In this document: in pieces, positions 49,248-58,273 of the stretch
How the letters are laid out: each line of letters starts with the position of its first letter
Numbering within the stretch: position 1 is the first letter of the stretch
DNA from: Candidatus Latescibacterota bacterium
GTDB taxonomy: Bacteria > Latescibacterota > UBA2968 > UBA8231
Length of the DNA stretch: 64,000 bases
Direction of reading: 5' to 3'
Assembly: GCA_963422735.1 (NCBI GenBank)
Contig: OY730476.1
Span: 1,472,001-1,536,000, forward strand
Translations under genes and position numbers: made by a program
Notes under the pieces: generated by a model
Told to the model about the DNA's origin: nothing
The model's input: the letters and a program-made list of their open reading frames with translations, nothing else
The model's database searches: none

Positions 49248-50776
49248 GGGGCTAACCCCAACGGCCCAACCAACTCGTCCAGCGCGTCAGCCAGCGGCTG
49301 TGGGTCGGCAAAATCGGCGATGACGGCAGACAAAAAGATCACGCCGCCGCGACGGGCAAAATCCGCAATCTGCGCGTAACTCAGCTTGGGCAGGTCGGCT
49401 AGCTGTTCGCCCACTAAGTGTGCGAGCCGCTGCTCTAAGACCGGAGGCCGGTCGGCGTATGGCATGTTCTTCAGCAATAGGATTAGGTCGTTGCGCGCCA
49501 AGACGCGCTCGCGGACTCCGTAGCCCAAGCGGCGGCAATATCCGGCAAAATCGTCTAAAGCATCTGCACGCCCCCTCGTTAAGCCCAGGGCATCCTCCCG
49601 GCCAAAGAGGGTCGTCATTATGGTCTGTGCGATCAGGTAGTGGCCCCAGACCGTAGGGTGCAAATACTCGGTGATTAACTCGTCGCCGACCAAACCAGCC
49701 GGAGCATGGGCGGCAAACGCCTGCTCCACGTCGATCAAGATCGCACTATACTCAGCAGCCAAGGCGCGAATGGCGCGGTTGAAGGGCGAGCAGGCCCGCA
49801 GGTGGATGCCGTCTAAATCGCGGGCGCGCACAAACGCGGCTAGCGCCTGCGCCGAATCCCCGGCCGCTTGGTGCGCCGAGCCAGCGGCAAAGTGCAGGGC
49901 CGCATGCTGTGGATAATCCGCAGGCACCGCGTCCAGCGGCGGGACCGGTCCCTGCGAGCGCAGGGGATAAAATCCGGCCAAGTTGGAAACCAGCGTACAG
50001 AGCGCAACCGGCACCTCGCGCTCGCGCAGCACTTCGATCATCTCGGCCATATTGCGTTGGTAATGGGCCTCAGTTTGTCGGTGCGCCTCGTCCCCCAAGT
50101 AGATCGCGCGCCGTACCAAGTGTACGCCAAAGGACTCGGCAGGTGCGGCCGGGCGCAGTGAGTGCAGCAGGCTTTCGAGCAAGTAGTAGCTTTTCGTCCG
50201 CTGCAAGAACATTTGCAACTGTATGAAGGACCAGTTGCCGCTCAGGCGCGCAAACGGGGTCGAAGCTCCGTACGGCCCCACGAACTCGTTGTGGCCAGCG
50301 TAGATCAAGACCAGATCTGGCTCGTGCTCGACCACCTCCTCGACAAATTCGCGCAAGACAAAGGAATTGATAGCGGTGACGCCGCAGTTGACGACCTCGA
50401 TCACGCGCTCTGGATACGCATCGGCGAGCATCTGTTGCAAGAAGTTGGGAAACGAGGTATAGGCGGGGTTGGGGAAGCCGAGCAGGGTCGAAGCCCCCAG
50501 CGCGAACACGCGAAACGCACGTGCGTCTTTGTCGCGGGCAAAGCGATCTTGCCCCGGGGCCAAGCGCACGTACTGGCGGGGGAAGAAGCGCCGCGCAGCC
50601 TGCGGGTTGATGCGATAGGACGAGTCGCTAGCTGCGAAAAGGGCGTCGTCCGGGCCGACGCCCACCAGCTGCAAGCCCGCCTCAAAGAGCACGACGAACG
50701 ACAAACCAACCAATAGGGCAACGGCCCGGCCTTTTGCTCTGTTTGCCGTTTTTGCTTTGTTTGTCGCGTTCATCAA
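49244..50776 (-). CDS. Membrane-anchored SGNH/GDSL hydrolase-like protein
   Basis: LGAST, VNCG...INS, YAGHNE, EYLHP. Confidence 0.8.
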   Translation of the reverse strand: MMNATNKAKTANRAKGRAVALLVGLSFVVLFEAGLQLVGVGPDDALFAASDSSYRINPQAARRFFPRQYVRLAPGQDRFARDKDARAFRVFALGASTLLGFPNPAYTSFPNFLQQMLADAYPERVIEVVNCGVTAINSFVLREFVEEVVEHEPDLVLIYAGHNEFVGPYGASTPFARLSGNWSFIQLQMFLQRTKSYYLLESLLHSLRPAAPAESFGVHLVRRAIYLGDEAHRQTEAHYQRNMAEMIEVLREREVPVALCTLVSNLAGFYPLRSQGPVPPLDAVPADYPQHAALHFAAGSAHQAAGDSAQALAAFVRARDLDGIHLRACSPFNRAIRALAAEYSAILIDVEQAFAAHAPAGLVGDELITEYLHPTVWGHYLIAQTIMTTLFGREDALGLTRGRADALDDFAGYCRRLGYGVRERVLARNDLILLLKNMPYADRPPVLEQRLAHLVGEQLADLPKLSYAQIADFARRGGVIFLSAVIADFADPQPLADALDELVGPLGLAP

Positions 50777-50788
50777 TCGTCAAAAAAC

Positions 50789-52735
50789 ATGGCTGAAATC
50801 GACCCATCTGACAATGCGCCGGCCGCCATTACGGGCCGAAGCATCCTCGTCGGTGCCGTGCTGAGCTTGGTCATTGCCATCGGTATCCCTTACGGTAGCA
50901 TGGTCGTGCAAGGCTCGCGCCTTGGGCTAAGTTCGGCCACGCCAGCGGCGTTCTTCCTGCTATTCGTCCTGCTCCTGACGGTCCAAATCGCCTTGGGACG
51001 CTGGGGTTTCCGGCGCGGCGAGTTGGTCGTCATCTTCGCCATGATGGCCGTCGCCACGGCCATCCCCACGCGCGGCGTGGTGGGGATGCTGCTGCCCATG
51101 ATCACCGGCACCTTCTACTACGCCACCCCTGAAAACCAATGGGCCGACTTAGTCCACCCGTTTCTCTCGGATTGGATGGTGGTGTACGATCCGGCCGCAG
51201 TAAAGGCATTTTACGAGGGTACGCAAGGCTCGGCCATTCCCTATGACGTCTGGCTCAAGCCGCTCGGGCGCTGGCTTGCATTCTACGCGGCGTTGTACGC
51301 AACCATTATCGCGGCCATATCCATCTTGCGCCGTCAATGGGTCGACAACGAGCGACTCGTTTTTCCGCTCGCCCAAGTCCCGCTCGCCATGATACAAGAC
51401 GATGGCGAGCAAAAAATCCTCAAACCCTTTTTTCGCAACCCCATCATGTGGTGCGGCTTACTGCTGCCCTTCTTGCTCAACAGCACTAACGCCCTGCACC
51501 ACTATTTCAACTTCGTCCCTTCCCTCGCCCTTCAGACCAGCGTCGAGCTTTTCAACCGCACGGCCTCGCTCAACATCCGCATCAATTTCCTAATGTTCGG
51601 CTTCGCGTACTTCATCAACTCCAATATCGCCTTCAGCCTGTGGTTTTTCTACCTGCTGCACGTGATACAAGAGAGCATCTTCAGCTACATCGGCATCTTC
51701 AGCCCCGAGGAGTTGGGGCCTTGGACCGGGTCTGGGCCGGTGGGCGCGATCATGGGGCATCAGATGATGGGCGCGCTCATCGTCTTGGTGTTCTATGGGC
51801 TGTGGACGGCGCGGCCCCACCTCAAAAACGTCCTGCGCAAGGCCCTGTGGGGCGACGACCGGATCGACGATTCGCAGGAGATTCTCTCCTATCGGGCCGC
51901 GTTTTGGCTCTTCGTCGTCGGCGTCGGCGCGATGGGCTTCTGGTTGTGGAAGAGTGGGATTCCGGCCTGGATCGTGCCCTTCTTCCTGTTCTCGTCCCTA
52001 GTCATATTCATCGGCCTAGCGCGCGTCATCGCCGAAGCGGGCATGCCCACTGTAACCCCGGAAATGGTCCCGGCCGGCTTTGTCGTCTCCGGCGTTGGAG
52101 TCCCGGCCCTCGGTGCGCCAGGCATGGTCGCCACGGGCTATTCCTTTGTCTGGGCGGGCGATCTGCTGGTCTTTATGACCGCGCCCCTCGCCAACAGCCT
52201 GCGCTTGGGCAGCGCGATCAACGGCACCCGCCGGCCGCTCTTTTGGGCGATTGTCGCGGCTATGCTCATCAGCCTCGTGGTCTCCTGCTGGTTCATGCTC
52301 TACCTCGCGTACCGCGACGGCGCGCTCAACCTACATCCCCAATACTTTACCGGCTTTGCCGCATATCCCTCGGACTTTGCCGCGAAAAAACTCGCCAATC
52401 CCACCGGGCCGAGCCTCGCCGGGTGGCTGTGGACGGGCTTTGGTGCCCTGATCATGGGCGGCTTGATGACCGCCCGCCACTTCTTCGTGTGGTGGCCCTT
52501 TCACCCGCTTGGCTTTGCTGTGAGCACCGGCTGGGTAATGAACAGCATCTGGTTTTCGATCTTTCTAGCTTGGCTCATCAAGATCACCGTCCTCAAATAC
52601 GGCGGTCCCCGCACCTACCTTCTCACTCGTCCCTTTTTCGTCGGGGTCGTGCTCGGCCAGTTCGTCGCTGCCGGCCTGTGGCTAGTGGTGGATGGCTTTA
52701 CCGGGATGGTCGGTAATCGGACGCCGGTGTATTGA
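50789..52735 (+). CDS. DUF6785/DUF6784-type polytopic membrane protein (paralogue of 8389..10554)
   Basis: LRRQWVDNERLVFPL, EILSYR, RVIAEAG, WWPFHPLGF. Confidence 0.7.
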   Translation: MAEIDPSDNAPAAITGRSILVGAVLSLVIAIGIPYGSMVVQGSRLGLSSATPAAFFLLFVLLLTVQIALGRWGFRRGELVVIFAMMAVATAIPTRGVVGMLLPMITGTFYYATPENQWADLVHPFLSDWMVVYDPAAVKAFYEGTQGSAIPYDVWLKPLGRWLAFYAALYATIIAAISILRRQWVDNERLVFPLAQVPLAMIQDDGEQKILKPFFRNPIMWCGLLLPFLLNSTNALHHYFNFVPSLALQTSVELFNRTASLNIRINFLMFGFAYFINSNIAFSLWFFYLLHVIQESIFSYIGIFSPEELGPWTGSGPVGAIMGHQMMGALIVLVFYGLWTARPHLKNVLRKALWGDDRIDDSQEILSYRAAFWLFVVGVGAMGFWLWKSGIPAWIVPFFLFSSLVIFIGLARVIAEAGMPTVTPEMVPAGFVVSGVGVPALGAPGMVATGYSFVWAGDLLVFMTAPLANSLRLGSAINGTRRPLFWAIVAAMLISLVVSCWFMLYLAYRDGALNLHPQYFTGFAAYPSDFAAKKLANPTGPSLAGWLWTGFGALIMGGLMTARHFFVWWPFHPLGFAVSTGWVMNSIWFSIFLAWLIKITVLKYGGPRTYLLTRPFFVGVVLGQFVAAGLWLVVDGFTGMVGNRTPVY

Positions 52736-52892
52736 GGTTAGTGGTTAGTGGTCCGTCCCATCCGCTCCCTTGGCGACGGGCCCCGGAACATTGACACAAG
52801 GGACCGCGCTGGCCCGGACGAGGGCGACGGGCCAGCCGAATGAAACCGCCTAAATGAAACCTGAATTCCCAACCGTAAACTAGGAAATTCCG
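52736..52892 (+). repeat. Dispersed ~150-bp repeat, copy B
   Basis: Matches copy A; fills the whole intergenic region. Confidence 0.9.
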
Positions 52893-54533
52893 ATGAGATA
52901 TATAGGAACTTTGCTGATGTTGGCTTTGTGGGGGTGTGCCCAAGAAAGGGAACGGCCCGTGGCGCGGGTCGATGAAGTGCCCATCTCGGCGGAGAGCCTG
53001 CGGGCCTTTGTCGAAAAGCTGCCCGTAGGCTTGCACAACCCCGAAGGCGGCGACGCGGCCCGACGGCAATACGTGCAATCGCTCATCGACCGCCAACTAA
53101 TCCTCAAAGAGGCTATCGCCCATGGGCTGGATACGCTAGGCTCGGTAAAACGCGCCGTGGATGAGGCCGTGGATGCCCGGGTCATCGCCCTCTATCGGGC
53201 GCGCAACATAACCGCTCAGGTGCAAGTGCCCGAAGAGGATGTGCGGCGCGTATTTGCCGAAGAAGGCTACCACCGCGAGCGCAAACTCAGCGCGATCTTG
53301 GTCCACACCCGCGCTGAAATCGAAGCGGCCATAGTCGCGCTCGATACCGACCAACCCTTTGCCGAGGTGGCCCGCGCGCACTCGCTCGACAAGCGCTCGG
53401 CCAAACAGGGCGGCGAGTTGGGCTTTATCGGCCGCGAGGCCGCACCCAGTCTGCACATCCCAGCCGAGGTCTTCAATACACTGCCTTTGGGGGACATATC
53501 CGCCCCATTGCGCGCCGGCCGCAGTTGGCACATCGTCCGCTTTACTGAAGACCGCGACGCGCCCTACGAGCGCTACCGGCCCCTCATTGAGGAACAGCTA
53601 TTCAACGAGCGCTTGGCCCAAGCTGAGGCCGAGCACTTTGAGTTGCTCCGCACGGCGACGGGTGCGGCCCTCGACCGCGACGTGCTGCAACTCATGCTCA
53701 ACGCGGCCCAGCGCGAGGACACAAGCCTGCTCGACACATGCACTGCGCCGCTTTACACCTTTGCCGAAGGGCAAGCTACGGTCGCTGTGGCGTACAAGGC
53801 CCTGCGGCGGCTCAATGCCCAGCGCAGCCTCAAAGACAGCACGCGCACACACACTGTGCTAGACAGGCTGGTGCTGCGGCCCCTTCTCCAAAGGCGTGCC
53901 GCGCGCGAACAGGGCCTGTACGACGACCCGGATATCCAACGGATGGCCACGAGGGCCTACCAAGACGCCCTCCTCAACGCCGTGCGCAACCGCTTCGCAG
54001 CCGTCGAAATGCTCTCTGACGCCGAGGTGTGGGCCTACTACGACAGCCACCCCGACATGTTTTATCACGAAGAGTCCGTCGAGGTCGAAGAGCTGCTCGC
54101 GTCCAGCCCGGCCGAGGCCCAACAGCTCAGCGACCAGCTCGCTGCCGGCGCGAGTTTTGCCGATCTCGCCGACCGCAGCGTACGCGCCCAAGCCATCCAG
54201 TCGCGAGCGCGCTTCCACTTCCATCCGCGCGACGAGAAGCTCTATCCGCGCCTAGTCCCGGCCATCGATGCGGCAGAAGAAGGCCAGCTCGTCGGGCCGA
54301 TTCGGGTGCGCGACGGGTACTCCATTTTCCGCGTCCAAGGACGCAATCCCGGCAGGGTCGAGCCGTACGAGCAGGTCCAGCACCGCGCCCGCGCTCTGCT
54401 GCGCCGCGAGCGAGAAAACGCGGCCTTCACCACCTTGGTCAAAGACCTGCGCCAGCGCTATCAAAACCGGGTCGCTATTGACGAGCAAGCACTCAAGGCC
54501 GCCCTGCCCGATTCGCTGGTCCAAGGCACCTGA
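52893..54533 (+). CDS. Lipoprotein parvulin-type peptidyl-prolyl isomerase (two PpiC domains)
   Basis: LWGC lipobox; FAEVARAHS.D..SA..GGELG; GASFADLA..S. Confidence 0.85.
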   Translation: MRYIGTLLMLALWGCAQERERPVARVDEVPISAESLRAFVEKLPVGLHNPEGGDAARRQYVQSLIDRQLILKEAIAHGLDTLGSVKRAVDEAVDARVIALYRARNITAQVQVPEEDVRRVFAEEGYHRERKLSAILVHTRAEIEAAIVALDTDQPFAEVARAHSLDKRSAKQGGELGFIGREAAPSLHIPAEVFNTLPLGDISAPLRAGRSWHIVRFTEDRDAPYERYRPLIEEQLFNERLAQAEAEHFELLRTATGAALDRDVLQLMLNAAQREDTSLLDTCTAPLYTFAEGQATVAVAYKALRRLNAQRSLKDSTRTHTVLDRLVLRPLLQRRAAREQGLYDDPDIQRMATRAYQDALLNAVRNRFAAVEMLSDAEVWAYYDSHPDMFYHEESVEVEELLASSPAEAQQLSDQLAAGASFADLADRSVRAQAIQSRARFHFHPRDEKLYPRLVPAIDAAEEGQLVGPIRVRDGYSIFRVQGRNPGRVEPYEQVQHRARALLRRERENAAFTTLVKDLRQRYQNRVAIDEQALKAALPDSLVQGT

Positions 54534-54536
54534 GCG

Positions 54537-55985
54537 ATGACCGCGCGCCTGTTGCTTATTTTGGGCGCACTCGCCTGCGCCGACCAACCCGACCCGCAAG
54601 ATGCGGCGCACCCCGAAGAAGCCCGCCGCTTGCTCCAGCGCGGCACGCTCTTCTTACAACAGGATCGGCCCGCCCGCGCCCTAGCGACACTCGCGCAGGC
54701 CGTGGCGCTCGATTCCTCGTCGAGCACCGCCCATTTTCAGCAGGGGCTAGCGCACGCTCGGCTCGATCAGCCCGCGCTCGCCATTGCGGCCTTCACACGC
54801 GCCTTGGCCCTGACGCCCGAGCAGCCTCGCGCTCACTTTGCCCTCGCCGCCGTGCTGCGCGACCAGCACCGCTACCTAGAGGCCGCAGCCCATCTGGAGC
54901 AGGCCATAGCCCTCGCGCCCGAGCGCGCCAAATATCACTTCTACCTAGGCGAAATGCGCCGCGCCACCGGCGATTTTGCAGGCGCGCTCGCGGCCTTCAA
55001 ACGCACCATCGAACTCGCGCCCGACCACCTTGAAGCCCGCTACTACCACAGCGATCTCCTCGTGCGCAACCAGCAGTTATCCCAAGCGCGTCCGGGCTTT
55101 GTAGAACTGCTCGCCCGCGATCCCAACCATGTCCAAGGCGGCCTCGGCTTGGGCGGTTTGCTCATCCGCCTCGGGGAACCCACAGCGGCCATCACCGTGC
55201 TCGAGCGCGTCGCCGACGCCGACCCGCATAACCCTGCTCCCCACTACCTGCTAGCCCAAGCCTACGCCGAGTGCGACCGCCCCGACGACGCCCGCAACGC
55301 GCAGAGCCGCTTCCAGCGCTTGAGCGCGGCCGAACGCCACTTCAATCAGGGCAACATTTATATTCGCCAACGCGCGTGGGACAAGGCGATCGATTCCCTC
55401 AAGCGCTCGCTCGCCAGCGACTCTACTGCCGTGGACATTCGCCTTCGTCTCGCCACCGTGTACGCGCAGCAAAAGCACTTCGCCGACGCCCGCGCCACCC
55501 TAGAGCAAGTCCTCGCCCGCAATCCCGACCACCGCGACGCCTACATCATGTTGGGCGACCTACACTTGCACGAGGGCGTATTCAAAGAAGCCAACGAGCA
55601 CTTTGGCCGCGCCTTGGCGATTGATCCCGACTCCTTTGCCGCCGCCTATGGCGTGGGCCGAGCGCGGTTCAAAAGCGGCGACTTTGCCGGGGCTGTCGCT
55701 GCATTGCGCCAAGCCCTCGCTCGCGATCCCGACCACCGCGACGCCCACTATGTCCTCGGGCTGGCCTACGTCCGCCAATCAAGCTACCGCGATGCTCACG
55801 CCCATTTCGCTCGCAGCATTGCCCTCGACCCAGACCACGCGGAATCGCACTACGGGCTGGCGCTGATCCTCATGCAGCAAGGGCAGCGGGAACAAGCGCG
55901 GCAAGCCTTGCAAAAGGTGCTCGACCTCGCCCCGGATCACCAGCGGGCCCGGACCAAGCTAGGCGAGCTGGATCAAGAGCCGTGA
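54537..55985 (+). CDS. TPR repeat lipoprotein
   Basis: About 12 TPR motifs. Confidence 0.88.
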   Translation: MTARLLLILGALACADQPDPQDAAHPEEARRLLQRGTLFLQQDRPARALATLAQAVALDSSSSTAHFQQGLAHARLDQPALAIAAFTRALALTPEQPRAHFALAAVLRDQHRYLEAAAHLEQAIALAPERAKYHFYLGEMRRATGDFAGALAAFKRTIELAPDHLEARYYHSDLLVRNQQLSQARPGFVELLARDPNHVQGGLGLGGLLIRLGEPTAAITVLERVADADPHNPAPHYLLAQAYAECDRPDDARNAQSRFQRLSAAERHFNQGNIYIRQRAWDKAIDSLKRSLASDSTAVDIRLRLATVYAQQKHFADARATLEQVLARNPDHRDAYIMLGDLHLHEGVFKEANEHFGRALAIDPDSFAAAYGVGRARFKSGDFAGAVAALRQALARDPDHRDAHYVLGLAYVRQSSYRDAHAHFARSIALDPDHAESHYGLALILMQQGQREQARQALQKVLDLAPDHQRARTKLGELDQEP

Positions 55986-58273
55986 TCCGCTGTTTCCGCG
56001 CCCTGTGCTTGGCCGGCCTCGGCCTCGGCTGCCAAGCCCTGCCCGAGGCCGAAAGCGACCGCGTCTATGCCGAGGCCCTGAGCCTACTGCACCAAGGGCG
56101 GTTCTCCGAGTCCGCAGCCCTCTTCCAGCGCGTCGTCAGCTTGGCACCCGACAGCGCGATTGCCCAGATCCGCCGCGGCGAAGCCCTGCTCCGCCAAGGC
56201 CGGTGGCAGAGCGCGGGCCGCCTCCTCGACGAGCTGCCAGCACCAGCGCGCCAACAGCCAGCGGCCCGGCTCCTCGAAGCGCGTCTCCTCGCCTTTGGTG
56301 GCTTTGCCCGCGAAGCCGAACTCGCCGTCAATGAAATCCTCGACGAATACCCCAACTCGCTCGACGGCCGCCTGCTGCTGGCCGAGCTATACTTGCAGGC
56401 TGCCGCCACTATGAACCTCGAGCGAGCCACGGCCCTGTGCAGCCAAGCGCTGGCCGCCCAACCCCAACGCCGCGACGCGCATTACCTTCTGCTCCAAGCC
56501 ACGCTGCGCCTCGGCCGCTTTCCCGCGGCCTTGGAACGCAGCCGCTCGCTGCTCGACGCCTATCCAGACGATGGCCGCGCCTATCTCTTGGCGGGCACGG
56601 CCGCGTTCTGGGCGGGAGACGACCGCGCACGTCCTTGGCTCGAAAGAGCGGTCGATCTGTTGGAGTCGCTCGACCGCCTAGAGGCCCTGTGGCTGCTCAA
56701 GCTGACCCACGAGCGGCAGGCCGACGATGCGACCGCGCTGCTGCCGCGCTATCGCTTTCCACTGCACACCTTAGTGCCAACAGCGACCGACCTGCACTTT
56801 GTCGATGTCGCTGCGCGCGTCGGCGTGGCCAAGAAAGATCGCGGCCGCGGCAGTGCCTGGCTCGACTTTGACGGCGATGGCGACTTCGATCTCTTCAGCG
56901 TTGGCATCCAGGTCAAACACGCGCTCTTTCGCAACGACGGCAGCCAATTTTGCGATGTCGCCCAAGCGGCCGGGCTAGCCGACGCCCGAGGCGGTTGGGC
57001 TGCGGCGAGCGCGGACTTTGATAACGACGGGGACGACGACCTCTTTGTCAGTCGCGACGCCTGGGAGGGCCGGGCACCTAACTCATTGTACAGAAACGAC
57101 TCGGGCGCATTCATCGACATTGGGCGCACCGCCGGAATGGCCGACTCCAGCGACAGCTTTACGGCCGCTTGGCTCGATTTCGACTGCGATGGATACCTCG
57201 ATTTATACGTGGCCAACGGCGTCACTGGTACGGACGCGCCAAATGCCCTCCTGCACAACCAGAAAAACGACGCGTTCCTCGACGTGGCGGCTGCCGCCGA
57301 GGTCGCCGACTCAAGCAAGACTATCGGCACGGCCGCTGGCGACTTCGACGGCGATGGCCTGACCGACTTGTACGCGGTCAACATCGGCCAGCTCAACCGC
57401 CTCTATCGCAACCTCGGCGACGGAACTTTTGCCGAGGTGGCCGAGCGCGCCGGAGTCCTTTTCCCAGTGGAAGGCGGGTATGTGGCGTTCTTTTTCGACC
57501 TTGACAACGACGGGCATCTCGACCTATTTGCTTCAACTATGAGCGCCTTTCCCGATGTCCTCAACAGCATGGTCACCGGTGAGGCCATTGAGCCGAACCG
57601 TCCCTTTCTCTATCGCAATATGGGCGACGGCACCTTTGCCGACATCACAGTCGCCGCGGGCCTCAAGCGCTCTTTCGGCAGTATGGGCGCGGGCCTCGGC
57701 GACATAGACAACGACGGCTTTGTCGATATCTACCTCGCCAACGGCGGCCCGCAAATGGCCCGCCTTGAGCCCAACGCGCTCTTCCGCAACATGGGCGACG
57801 GAACTTTTGCCGACATCACGGCCACTGCGGGCACCTCCAGCCTCGGCAAGGGCCACGGGGCCACCTTCGCCGACTTCGACCAAGATGGCGACTGCGATCT
57901 CTACGCCGGTTTGGGCGGCCACTACGACGCCGATACGTGGGACAACGCGCTCTATCGCAACGACGGCCCGGCGCAGCACTACCTATCCATCGAGCTTGTG
58001 GGCACGCAGGCCAACCGCAGCGGGCTCGGAGCTCGCGCCGCAGCCTTTGCTGCGGGCCGCGTCATTCGCGCTCAGCGCCAGAGCGGCTTTGGCTTCGGCA
58101 GCAGCAACGAACCAGTCCTGCACCTCGGGCTGGGGTCGGCCACTCGCGTCGATAGCCTGCACGTGCTCTGGCCCGGCCAGTCCCCACAGCGCTTCTTTGA
58201 CCTGCCCGTCAATTGCCGCATCCGCATCGTCCAACGCGAGGCGCACTACCGGATTCTCAGGAGGCCACCATGA
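55982..58273 (+). CDS. TPR + FG-GAP/ASPIC-UnbV (CRTAC1-like) protein
   Basis: Repeated DFDNDGxxDL; LYRN.GDGTF; NRSGLGAR; LHLGLG. Confidence 0.88.
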   Translation: MIRCFRALCLAGLGLGCQALPEAESDRVYAEALSLLHQGRFSESAALFQRVVSLAPDSAIAQIRRGEALLRQGRWQSAGRLLDELPAPARQQPAARLLEARLLAFGGFAREAELAVNEILDEYPNSLDGRLLLAELYLQAAATMNLERATALCSQALAAQPQRRDAHYLLLQATLRLGRFPAALERSRSLLDAYPDDGRAYLLAGTAAFWAGDDRARPWLERAVDLLESLDRLEALWLLKLTHERQADDATALLPRYRFPLHTLVPTATDLHFVDVAARVGVAKKDRGRGSAWLDFDGDGDFDLFSVGIQVKHALFRNDGSQFCDVAQAAGLADARGGWAAASADFDNDGDDDLFVSRDAWEGRAPNSLYRNDSGAFIDIGRTAGMADSSDSFTAAWLDFDCDGYLDLYVANGVTGTDAPNALLHNQKNDAFLDVAAAAEVADSSKTIGTAAGDFDGDGLTDLYAVNIGQLNRLYRNLGDGTFAEVAERAGVLFPVEGGYVAFFFDLDNDGHLDLFASTMSAFPDVLNSMVTGEAIEPNRPFLYRNMGDGTFADITVAAGLKRSFGSMGAGLGDIDNDGFVDIYLANGGPQMARLEPNALFRNMGDGTFADITATAGTSSLGKGHGATFADFDQDGDCDLYAGLGGHYDADTWDNALYRNDGPAQHYLSIELVGTQANRSGLGARAAAFAAGRVIRAQRQSGFGFGSSNEPVLHLGLGSATRVDSLHVLWPGQSPQRFFDLPVNCRIRIVQREAHYRILRRPP

